A stretch of 64,000 nucleotides of DNA from the human T2T-CHM13v2.0 reference genome, Homo sapiens: NCBI RefSeq assembly GCF_009914755.1, contig NC_060928.1; one strand, given 5' to 3'. Positions 1-11,430 of the stretch are shown piece by piece (the stretch's first letter is position 1; each line of letters begins with the position of its first letter). Under the pieces are notes generated by a model. The model saw only the letters and a list, made by a program, of their open reading frames with translations, did no database searches and was not told the origin of the DNA. The position numbers and the translations under genes are program-made.

Positions 1-1
1 C

Positions 2-25
2 CTGGTGGAAGACAGCTTCCTGTAA
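2..25 (+). CDS. PDGFRA: Terminal codons of PDGFRA (platelet-derived growth factor receptor alpha), partial last exon
   Basis: ctg gtg gaa gac agc ttc ctg taa = LVEDSFL*, the recognised C-terminus of human PDGFRA (PDZ-binding DSFL motif); followed by a long AU-rich UTR. Confidence 0.95.
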   Translation: MVEDSFL

Positions 26-81
26 CTGGCGGATTCGAGGGGTTCCTTCCACTTCTGGGGCCACCTCTGGATCCCGTTCAG

Positions 82-90
82 AAAACCACT
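82..90 (+). promoter_or_regulatory. miR-140-5p seed match in PDGFRA 3' UTR
   Basis: AAAACCACT is complementary to the miR-140-5p 5' region (AGUGGUUUU); miR-140 regulation of PDGFRA is established. Confidence 0.65.
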
Positions 91-1325
91 TTATTGCAAT
101 GCGGAGGTTGAGAGGAGGACTTGGTTGATGTTTAAAGAGAAGTTCCCAGCCAAGGGCCTCGGGGAGCGTTCTAAATATGAATGAATGGGATATTTTGAAA
201 TGAACTTTGTCAGTGTTGCCTCTTGCAATGCCTCAGTAGCATCTCAGTGGTGTGTGAAGTTTGGAGATAGATGGATAAGGGAATAATAGGCCACAGAAGG
301 TGAACTTTGTGCTTCAAGGACATTGGTGAGAGTCCAACAGACACAATTTATACTGCGACAGAACTTCAGCATTGTAATTATGTAAATAACTCTAACCAAG
401 GCTGTGTTTAGATTGTATTAACTATCTTCTTTGGACTTCTGAAGAGACCACTCAATCCATCCATGTACTTCCCTCTTGAAACCTGATGTCAGCTGCTGTT
501 GAACTTTTTAAAGAAGTGCATGAAAAACCATTTTTGAACCTTAAAAGGTACTGGTACTATAGCATTTTGCTATCTTTTTTAGTGTTAAAGAGATAAAGAA
601 TAATAATTAACCAACCTTGTTTAATAGATTTGGGTCATTTAGAAGCCTGACAACTCATTTTCATATTGTAATCTATGTTTATAATACTACTACTGTTATC
701 AGTAATGCTAAATGTGTAATAATGTAACATGATTTCCCTCCAGAGAAAGCACAATTTAAAACAATCCTTACTAAGTAGGTGATGAGTTTGACAGTTTTTG
801 ACATTTATATTAAATAACATGTTTCTCTATAAAGTATGGTAATAGCTTTAGTGAATTAAATTTAGTTGAGCATAGAGAACAAAGTAAAAGTAGTGTTGTC
901 CAGGAAGTCAGAATTTTTAACTGTACTGAATAGGTTCCCCAATCCATCGTATTAAAAAACAATTAACTGCCCTCTGAAATAATGGGATTAGAAACAAACA
1001 AAACTCTTAAGTCCTAAAAGTTCTCAATGTAGAGGCATAAACCTGTGCTGAACATAACTTCTCATGTATATTACCCAATGGAAAATATAATGATCAGCAA
1101 AAAGACTGGATTTGCAGAAGTTTTTTTTTTTTTTCTTCATGCCTGATGAAAGCTTTGGCGACCCCAATATATGTATTTTTTGAATCTATGAACCTGAAAA
1201 GGGTCAGAAGGATGCCCAGACATCAGCCTCCTTCTTTCACCCCTTACCCCAAAGAGAAAGAGTTTGAAACTCGAGACCATAAAGATATTCTTTAGTGGAG
1301 GCTGGATGTGCATTAGCCTGGATCC

Positions 1326-1480
1326 TCAGTTCTCAAATGTGTGTGGCAGCCAGGATGACTAGATCCTGGGTTTCCATCCTTGAGATTCTGAAGTATGAAG
1401 TCTGAGGGAAACCAGAGTCTGTATTTTTCTAAACTCCCTGGCTGTTCTGATCGGCCAGTTTTCGGAAACACTGACTTAGG
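1326..1480. mobile_element. Degenerate MER5-like hAT-Charlie DNA transposon remnant within the 3' UTR
   Basis: Motifs gttctcaaa...gagattctga...gtctg...tctgtatttttc..aactccc..tgttctgat..ccagttttcggaaacactg resemble the MER5 consensus. Confidence 0.45.
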
Positions 1481-2514
1481 TTTCAGGAAGTTGCCATGGG
1501 AAACAAATAATTTGAACTTTGGAACAGGGTTGGAATTCAACCACGCAGGAAGCCTACTATTTAAATCCTTGGCTTCAGGTTAGTGACATTTAATGCCATC
1601 TAGCTAGCAATTGCGACCTTAATTTAACTTTCCAGTCTTAGCTGAGGCTGAGAAAGCTAAAGTTTGGTTTTGACAGGTTTTCCAAAAGTAAAGATGCTAC
1701 TTCCCACTGTATGGGGGAGATTGAACTTTCCCCGTCTCCCGTCTTCTGCCTCCCACTCCATACCCCGCCAAGGAAAGGCATGTACAAAAATTATGCAATT
1801 CAGTGTTCCAAGTCTCTGTGTAACCAGCTCAGTGTTTTGGTGGAAAAAACATTTTAAGTTTTACTGATAATTTGAGGTTAGATGGGAGGATGAATTGTCA
1901 CATCTATCCACACTGTCAAACAGGTTGGTGTGGGTTCATTGGCATTCTTTGCAATACTGCTTAATTGCTGATACCATATGAATGAAACATGGGCTGTGAT
2001 TACTGCAATCACTGTGCTATCGGCAGATGATGCTTTGGAAGATGCAGAAGCAATAATAAAGTACTTGACTACCTACTGGTGTAATCTCAATGCAAGCCCC
2101 AACTTTCTTATCCAACTTTTTCATAGTAAGTGCGAAGACTGAGCCAGATTGGCCAATTAAAAACGAAAACCTGACTAGGTTCTGTAGAGCCAATTAGACT
2201 TGAAATACGTTTGTGTTTCTAGAATCACAGCTCAAGCATTCTGTTTATCGCTCACTCTCCCTTGTACAGCCTTATTTTGTTGGTGCTTTGCATTTTGATA
2301 TTGCTGTGAGCCTTGCATGACATCATGAGGCCGGATGAAACTTCTCAGTCCAGCAGTTTCCAGTCCTAACAAATGCTCCCACCTGAATTTGTATATGACT
2401 GCATTTGTGGGTGTGTGTGTGTTTTCAGCAAATTCCAGATTTGTTTCCTTTTGGCCTCCTGCAAAGTCTCCAGAAGAAAATTTGCCAATCTTTCCTACTT
2501 TCTATTTTTATGAT

Positions 2515-2522
2515 GACAATCA
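2515..2522 (+). promoter_or_regulatory. miR-219-5p 8mer site in PDGFRA 3' UTR
   Basis: GACAATCA matches seed GAUUGUC plus A1; PDGFRA is a known miR-219 target in the oligodendrocyte lineage. Confidence 0.65.
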
Positions 2523-2692
2523 AAGCCGGCCTGAGAAACACTATTTGTGACTTTTTAAACGATTAGTGATGTCCTTAAAATGTGGTCTGCCAATCTGTAC
2601 AAAATGGTCCTATTTTTGTGAAGAGGGACATAAGATAAAATGATGTTATACATCAATATGTATATATGTATTTCTATATAGACTTGGAGAAT

Positions 2693-2728
2693 ACTGCCAA
2701 AACATTTATGACAAGCTGTATCACTGCC
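2693..2728 (+). promoter_or_regulatory. Pair of miR-34/449 family seed matches
   Basis: ACTGCCA (2693-2699) and CACTGCC (2722-2728); miR-34a targeting of PDGFRA is established. Confidence 0.65.
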
Positions 2729-2970
2729 TTCGTTTATATTTTTTTAACTGTGATAATCCCCACAGGCACATTAACTGTTGCACTTTTGAATGTCCAAAAT
2801 TTATATTTTAGAAATAATAAAAAGAAAGATACTTACATGTTCCCAAAACAATGGTGTGGTGAATGTGTGAGAAAAACTAACTTGATAGGGTCTACCAATA
2901 CAAAATGTATTACGAATGCCCCTGTTCATGTTTTTGTTTTAAAACGTGTAAATGAAGATCTTTATATTTC

Positions 2971-3030
2971 AATAAATGATATATAATTTAAAGTTATACT
3001 AAGGTTTCAGCATTTTTGTTTTTAGTTTAA
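2971..3030 (+). terminator. PDGFRA distal polyadenylation signal and U-rich downstream element
   Basis: AATAAA at 2971-2976, then tttttgtttttagttt at ~3013-3028. Confidence 0.85.
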
Positions 3031-3096
3031 TCATAAGAATTAAAGCAATCCTGTTCTATTTACTTTCTTAGCAACATTTGTAGGACTCTATATTAG

Positions 3097-3400
<304 letters not shown>

Positions 3401-3849
3401 TTTATTAGGCTTTTGATGAACCAATAGAATATCTAAGGTTTAAGACATTATATGAGCTAGATTGTTCCACGACACAGTATTTGACTTAAAGATGATTGGC
3501 ACTTGGCTCATCTTTGGTCTCATCATTTTTTTGATTGTTCATCTTTATCCTGTGGTGTTTTCTTCCCCTGCATAAGGAATACAGGACTGCAGTAACTCTG
3601 TACAACATTCAACTGTCGTAAAAGTGTAGGAAGTAAAATGTTAAATTATTTTTTTCACCGTGTCTTCTTCCCTGTCCCTGTCCTGTTTCCAAGAGGCAGA
3701 GCTGCACCACTTGGTGTGTCTTTTAAACTTCCAGTTCCCTTTGTATGCATCTGTGTATATATATTCCCATACACACATCTCTACGTTTGCTTCATATCTA
3801 CCTAAATGGGTTCTCACTTTATGTAATCCTTTGTAATGTTCTTTTTTCT

Positions 3850-4040
3850 TTCCTTTTTAAAACTATTTATTAAAGCAGTTTTAGATTTGCAGTAAAATTG
3901 AGTAGAAGGTACAGAGATTTCCCCTGTGTGCCCTGCCCCCACACCAACATAGCATCTCCATCACTAACATTCTCCACCTTTGCTACAGCTGATGAACCTA
4001 CATTGCCAAATCATTACCCATAACACAGTCCACAGTTCTG
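3850..4040 (-). mobile_element. Old L1M 3'-end fragment
   Basis: gcagttttagattt..gcaaaattgagtagaaggtacagagatttccc motif typical of L1M 3' UTRs. Confidence 0.55.
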
Positions 4041-6499
4041 TTTTTTTTTTAATGCTGTTTTAGCGATCTCTGTGAAAAGTATACAGAGGTATTAGCTCCA
4101 TTGGATCCCATTATGTAAATGTACCATAATTTATGCAATCATGGTCTTGTAAAATGGATTTACAGTTTCCAGTTCTTTGCTATTAAAATGATTTCATGAA
4201 CATTTTTGCAACATACATATTTGCATACAAAAATGTGTTTTGTAGAATGGATTTCTACAAATGAAATTGCTAGGCCAAAGGGTGTGCAGAAATAAATTGA
4301 TGTTGAGCTGAAGTCTTCAGATAGGATTGATACATAAGTTCTTGAGCATCTGCACGTGAATCACTGGCTTTGCACATTACATGCAGTTTTCTAGTCTCTG
4401 CTCCACATTGCCCAGGAATCATGGTCTTCAAAATAGGATTGGAAGAAATACAATGTGGTAAGTGTGAGAGAATGTGGGTTTTGTGTTCTGAAGCATACTG
4501 AAGCAAGTGACTTTAGGAATTTAAAAAAATGGTACAACTCACCTTATTTTGAGCTCACGGATAATGAAAATTGATTATGTTGTTAATAATCAGAATATAG
4601 CACCCTATTCCAATATAACTCCTTATCCAAATTCAAGTAGCCTGCAGCTGGAAGCATACTTCTTTGGAGTTAAACCTCCAAGGAGGGATTCAGAAGATCA
4701 TGGCATATGAGAGGCAAGACTAGATTGCAGCTCAGGACAGAGCAGCATGCAGCAGCTTGCATTGTGAATTTTAGCTCCAGATCCTGAGAGGACCCACAGA
4801 CCCTCTGATGGAAGTGGACTTCTCCTGCAGGACCGGGGAGACACCCCAAATATTGTGAGTTGCCCCAAATGCGGAAGTGGTACAGGGAGACCCTCCTCTA
4901 CCGAATGCGCAGTCCCACTGGAGCAGCTGAAGTTTTGCTTGCGGGAGAAGTTTCTGACTTTACCTCAAGCTGAGTCAAGTTAGAGAGCTGAGCAAAATAC
5001 AGGGGTGGAGGAAGCAGCAGAAAGGCCCTGGGAGCTCGCTGAGTCCCCAAGCAGCCCATTCCTGCCTGGCACCACAGGGATCCATAGGGAGGGTGGCCAG
5101 AGGAGCAGGGGGTAAAACTCCACAGGGAGAAGGAAATCTCTAGCTGAACTTTGTAACAATTTGAAAGGGGCAAGAAGCTTCCTGGCCGGAACTCGGGGGA
5201 GGGTGCAAATCGGGCGTACAGACTTCACAGGCAGAGGAAGAACTAAAGCCCTTTTCTCTCCCAGCTGGGAGGAGGATAGCCTTGGGCAAGTTTTCAAGCC
5301 CATCTTGCCCTCTGCCTGGAAACAGACTCAGGGCTGTTGAGGTGGGCAGGGTGGGAGTGAGACAAGCCCTTCGGTTTGTGGGGGAGCTGGGTGAGGCTTG
5401 TGACTGCCGGCTTTCCCCTACTTGCCTGACAACCTGCATGACTCAGCGGAGACAGCCATAATCCTCCTAGGTGCACAACTCCAGTGACCTGGGAATCTCA
5501 CTCCCATTTCCCCCCAGCAGCCTCAGCAAGACTTGCCCAAGGAGAGTCTGAGCTCAGACATGCCTAGCCTCACCCGCACCTGATGGTCCTTTCCTATCCA
5601 CGCTGGTAGCATAAGACAAAGGACATAATCTTGGGAATTCTAGGGCTCCGCCCTCCACTGGTTCCTCTCCACACTACTATAGCTGATGCTTCCTGGGAAG
5701 TACCACCTTCTGGCAGGAGGCCAACCAGCACAAAGATAAAGCATTAAACCACCAAGACTAAGGACCCTCATGGAGTCCATTGCACTGTCCACCACCTCCA
5801 CCAGAACAAGCACTGGTATACATGGCTGAGAGACCCATAGATGGTTCACGTCACAGGACTCTGTGCAGACAACCCCCAGTACCAGCCCAGAGCTGGGTAG
5901 ACTAATTGGGTGGCTAGACCCAGAAGAGAGAAAACAACCACTGCAGTTTAGCTCATAGGAAGCCACATCCATAGGAAAAGGGGGAGAGTACTACATCAAA
6001 GGAACACCCAGTGGGACAAAAGAATCTGAACAACAGCCTTCAGCCCTATACCTTCCCTCTGACAGAGCCTACCCAAATGAGAAGAAACCAGAAAACCAAC
6101 CCTGGTAATAGGACAAAACAAGGCTCTTCAACACCTCCCAAAATCACACTAGTTCACCAGCAATGGATCCAAACCAAGAAGAAATCCTGATTTACTTGAA
6201 AAAGAATTCAAGAAGTTAGTTATTAAGCTTATCAGGGAGGGACCAGAAGAAGGTGAAGCTCAATGCAAGGAAATCTAAAAAATGATATAAGAAGTGAAGA
6301 GAGAAATACTCATGGAAATAGATAGCTTAAGGAAAAAACAATAAAAAATTCAGGAAACTTTGGACACACTTTTAGAAATGTGAAATGCTCTGGAAAGTCT
6401 CAGCAATAGAATTGAACAAGTAGAAGAAAGAACTTTAGAGCTCAAAGACAAGGTCCTCAGATTAACCCAATCCAACAAAGACAAAGAAAGAAGAATAAG

Positions 6500-6850
6500 A
6501 TGCAGCCATAAAAAAGGATGAGTTCATGTCCTTTGCAGAGACATGGATGAAGCTGGAAACCATCATTCTAAGCAAACTATTACAAGGACAGAAAACCAAA
6601 CACCACATGTTCTCACTCATAGGTGGGAGCTGAACAACAAGAACACATGAACACAGGCGGGGGGGAACATCACACATCAGAGCCTGTCAGGGGGTGGGGG
6701 GCCGGGGGAGAGATAGCATTAGGAGAAACACCTAATGTAAATGACGAGTTGATGGGTGCAGCAAACCAACATGGCACATGTATACCTATGTAACAAACCC
6801 GCACATTGTGCACATGTACCCCAGAACTTAAAGCATAATAATAAAAAAAA
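6500..6850 (+). mobile_element. 5'-truncated younger L1PA 3' end nested in ORF1 of L1 copy A
   Basis: gcagccataaaaaaggatgagttcatgtcctttgca...acattgtgcacatgtaccccagaacttaaag plus A-tail; absent at the same position in copy B (47900-47935); degenerate TSD aagaataa. Confidence 0.9.
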
Positions 6851-7527
6851 GAAAAAAGAATAATATGAACAAAGCCTCCAAGAAATCTGGAATTGTGTTA
6901 AACAACCAAATATAAGAATAATTGTTGTTCCTGAGGAAGAAGACAATTCTAAAAGCTTAGAAAACATACTTGGGGGAATAATGGAGGAAAACATCCCTGG
7001 CCTTGTGAGATACTAGACAGCCATATACAAGAAGCATAAAGAACACCTGGGAAATTCACTGCAAAAAGATCTTCACCTAGGCACATTGTCATCAGATTAT
7101 CCAAAGTTAAGACCAAGGAAAGAATCTTAATAGCTGTGAGACAGAAGCACAAAGGAAAACCTATCAGATTAATGGCAGATTTCTCAGCAGAAACCCTACA
7201 AGCTAGAAGGGATTGGGGCACTATCTTCAGCCTCCTCAAACAAAACATTTTATCGGCCAAGAATTTTGTATCCAGCAAAACTAAGCATCATATATGAAGG
7301 AAAGATACAGTTGTTTTCAGACAAATAAATGCTGAGCGAATTCACCATTATCAAACTACCACTATAAGAACTGCTAAAAGGAACCCTAAATTTTGAAACA
7401 AATCCTGGAAACACATTGAAACAGAACGTCTTTAAAGAATAAATCACATAGGGCCTGTAAAACAAAAATACAATTTAAAAAGCAAAAACAACAAACAAAA
7501 AACCAAACCACAGAGGCAACAAAGAGC

Positions 7528-10500
7528 ATGATGGAAGCAACAGTACATCACATTTCAATACTAACATTGAATGTAAATGGCCTAAATGCTCTACTTAAAA
7601 GATACAGAACCACAGAGTGGGTAAGAATTCACCAACTAACTATCTACTGCCTTCAAGAGACTCACCTAACACATAAGGACTTACACAGAATTAAAGTAAA
7701 AGAATGGAAAGGGGCATTTTGTGCAAATGGACACCAAAATCGAGCAGGGGTAACTATTCTTATATCAGAAAAAAACAAACAAACACTTTAAAGCAACAGC
7801 AGTTAAAAGAGACAAAGAGGGACATTATATAATGGTAAAAGGCCTTGTCCAACAGGAAAATATCACAATCTTAAACATATATGCACCTAACACTGGAGAT
7901 CACAAACTTATAAAACAATTACTAATAGTCCTAAGAAATGAGATAGACAGCAACGCAATAATAGTGGGGGACTTCAATACTCCACTGACAGCACTAGACA
8001 GGTCATCAAGACGGAAAGTCAACAAAGAAGCAATGGATTTAAACTATACTTTGGAACAAATGGACCTAACAGATATATACAAAACATTTCATCCAACAAC
8101 CTCAGAATACACATTTTATTCAACAGCATATGGAACTTTCTCCAAGATAGACCATATGATAGGCCATAAAATAAGCCTCAATAAATTTAAGAAAATTGAA
8201 ATTATATCAAGTACTCTCTCAGACCACAGTGAAATAAAACTGGAAATCAACTCTAAAAGGAATCTTCAAAACCATTCAAATACATGGAAATTAAATAACC
8301 TGCTCCTGAACGAGCATTGGGTCAAAAACAAAATCAAGATGGAAGTTTAAAAATTCTTTGAACTGAATGCCAATAACGACACAACCAATCAAAACCTCTG
8401 GGATACAACAAAGGCAGTGCTAAGAGTAAAGTTCATAGCCATAAATGCCTACATCAAAAAGCTTGAAAAAGCACAGACAACCTAAAGTCACATCTCAAGG
8501 AACTAGAGAAACAAGAACAAACAAAACCTAAACCCAGTACAAGAAGAAAATAACCAAGAGCAGAACTAAATAAAATTATAACCAAAAAAAAGATAAATGA
8601 AACAAAAAGCTGATCCTTTGAGAACATAAATAAAATAGACCATTAGCAAGATTAACCAAGAAAAGAAGAGAGAAAATCCAAATAACCTCACTAAAAAACA
8701 AAACAGGAGATATTACAACTGACACCACTGAAATACAAAAGATCATTTAAGGCTACTATGAACACCTTTATGTACATAAACTAGAAAACCTAGAAGAGAT
8801 GGATAAATTCCTGGAAAAATACAATCCTCGTGGCCTAAATCAGGAAGAATTAGATATGCTGAACAGACCAATAACAAGTAGTGAGATTGAAATAGTAATT
8901 AAGAAATTATAAACCAAAAAAAGTCCAGGACCAGATGGATTCACAGCAGAATTCTACCAGACATTCAAAGAAGATTTGGTATCAATCCTTTTGACACTAT
9001 TCCACAAGATAGAGAAGAAGGAACCCTCCTTAATTCATTTTATGACGCCAACATCACCCTAATACCAAAACCAGGGAGGACACAACCAAAACAACAACAA
9101 CAAAAACAAACAAACAAACAAACAGAAAAAACACTACAGACCGATATCCTTGATGAACATAGATGCTAAAATCCTTAACAAAATACTAGCTAACTGAATC
9201 CAATAACATAAAAAAGATAATCCACCATGATTAAGTGGGTTTCATACCAGGGATGCAGGGATGGTTTAACATATGCAAGTCAATAAATGTGATACACCAC
9301 ATAAACAGAATTAAAAACAAAAATCACATGACCCTCTCAATAGATGCAGAAAAAGCATTTGACAAGATCCAGTATTGCTTTATGATTAAAACTCTCAGCA
9401 AAATTGGCATACAAGGGACATACCTTAATGTAATAAAAGCCACCTATGACAAACCCATATCCAACATAATACTGAATGAGGAAAAGTTGAAAGCATTCCT
9501 TCTGAGTACTGGAAAAAGACAAGGATGCCCACTCTCACCACTTCTTTTCAACATAGTACTAGAAGTCCTATCCAGAGCAATAAGACAAGAGAAAAAAATA
9601 AAGGGCATCCAAACAAGTAAAGAGGAAGTCAAACTGTCACCGTTTGCTGATGATATGATCATTTACCTTGAAAACCCTAAGTAAGGACTCCTCCAAAAAG
9701 CTCCTAGAACTGATAAAAGAATTCAGCAAAGTTTCTGGATACAAGATTAATGTACACAAATCAGTAGCTCTTCTATACACCAACAGCGACCAAGTGGAGA
9801 ATCACATCAAGAACTCAATCCCTTTTATAATAGCTGAAAAAAAAATACTTAGGAATATACCTAACAAAGGAGTCAAAAAACTTCTACAAGGAAAACTACA
9901 AAACACTGCTGAAAGAAATCATAGATGACACAAACAAATAGAAACACATCCTATGCCCATGGATGGGCAGAATCAATATTGTGAAAATGACCATACCACC
10001 AAAAGCAACCTACAAATTCAATGCAACCCCCATCAGAATACCACCATCATTCTTCACAGAATTAGAAAAAACAATTCTAAAATTCATGTGGAATCAAAAA
10101 AGAGCCTGCATAGCCAAAGCAAGACTAAACAAAAAACAAATCTGGAGGCATCACACTACCTGATTTCAAACTACCCTGTAAGGCCGTAGTCACCAAAACA
10201 GCATGGTACTGTTATAAAAATAGGCACATAGACCAATGGAACAGAATACAGAACCCAGAAATAAACCCAAAAACTTAAAGCCAACTGATCTTTGACAAAG
10301 TAAACAAAAATATAAAGTGGGGAAAGGACACCCTTTTCAATAAATGGTGCTGGGATAATTGGCTAGCCACATGTAGAAGAATAAAACTGGATCCTCATCT
10401 CTCACCTTATACAAAAATCAACTCAAGACGGATTAAGGACTTAAACCTAAGACCTGAAACTATAAAAATTCTAGAAGATAACACTGGAAAATCCCTCCTA

Positions 10501-11019
10501 GATATTGGCTTAGGCAAGGAATTCATGACCAAGAACCCAAAAGCAAATGCAATAAAAACAAAGATAAATAGCTGGGACCTAATTAAACTAAAGAGCTTTT
10601 GCACAGCAAAAGGAATAGTCAGCAGAGTAAACAGACAACCCACAGACTGGGAGAAAATCTTCACAATCTATACATCTGACAAAGGACTAATATCCAGAAT
10701 CTACAACCAACTCAAACAAATCAGTAAGTAAAAAACAAATAATCCCATCAAAAAGTGGGCTAAGGGCATGAAGAGACAATTCTCAAAAGAAGATACACAA
10801 ATGGCCAATAAACATGTGAAAAAATGCTCAACATCACTAACGATCAGGGAAATGCAAATCAAAACCACAATGCGATACCAGCTTACTCCTGCAAGAATGG
10901 CCATAATGAAAAAATCAGAAAATAGTAGATGTTGGTGTGAATGCCATGAACAGGGAACACTTCAACACTGCTGGCAGGAATGTAAACTATGACAGCCACC
11001 ATGGAAAACAGTGTGGAGA

Positions 11020-11064
<45 letters not shown>

Positions 11065-11430
11065 AGACAGAGTCTCACTCTGTCACCCAGGCTGGAGTAT
11101 ACTGGTGCAATCATGGCTCACTGCAACCTCTGCCTCCTGGGTTCAAGTGATTTTCCTGCCTCAGCCTCCTGAGTAGCTGGGATCATAGGCACCTGCCACC
11201 ACTCCCGAGTAATTTTTGTATTTTTAGTAGAGACGAGTTTCATCATGTTGACCAGGCTGGTCTCGAACTTTCTGACTTCAGGTGATCCACCCACCTCGGG
11301 CTCCCAAAGTGCTGTCATTACAGGTGTGATCCACTGTGCCCAGCTGAGATTCCTTAAAGAACTAAAAGTAGAACCACCATCTGATCCTGCAATATCACTA
11401 CTGGGTATCTACTCAGGGGAAAAGAAGTAA
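7528..11430 (+). pseudogene. Disrupted L1 ORF2 (endonuclease/reverse transcriptase) of copy A
   Basis: ORF-track pieces 7528-7791, 7832-8350, 9235-9684, 9963-10163, 10525-10731, 10768-10992 translate to L1 ORF2p segments separated by stops and frameshifts. Confidence 0.93.
11023..11344 (-). mobile_element. AluS nested in the 3' end of L1 ORF2
   Basis: ~40-nt poly-T and reverse Alu; L1 sequence resumes at gagattccttaaagaac; degenerate TSD gagactc/gagattc. Confidence 0.95.

Larger units (their letters stand above)
26..2995 (+). other. PDGFRA: PDGFRA 3' UTR (~3 kb)
   Basis: Follows the stop codon; Alu/L1-free, AT-rich, several ATTTA motifs and miRNA seed matches; ends shortly after AATAAA at 2971. 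Confidence 0.9.

Noticed and set aside
2666-2986. 106-aa ORF at the end of the PDGFRA 3' UTR
   Set aside because: AT-rich UTR sequence that spans the poly(A) signal; no recognisable protein features, consistent with chance.
7528-11430. Possibility of an active reverse-transcriptase/endonuclease system
   Set aside because: Both L1 ORF2s have many stops and frameshifts, plus insertions (copy A) or a deletion (copy B); they are fossils.
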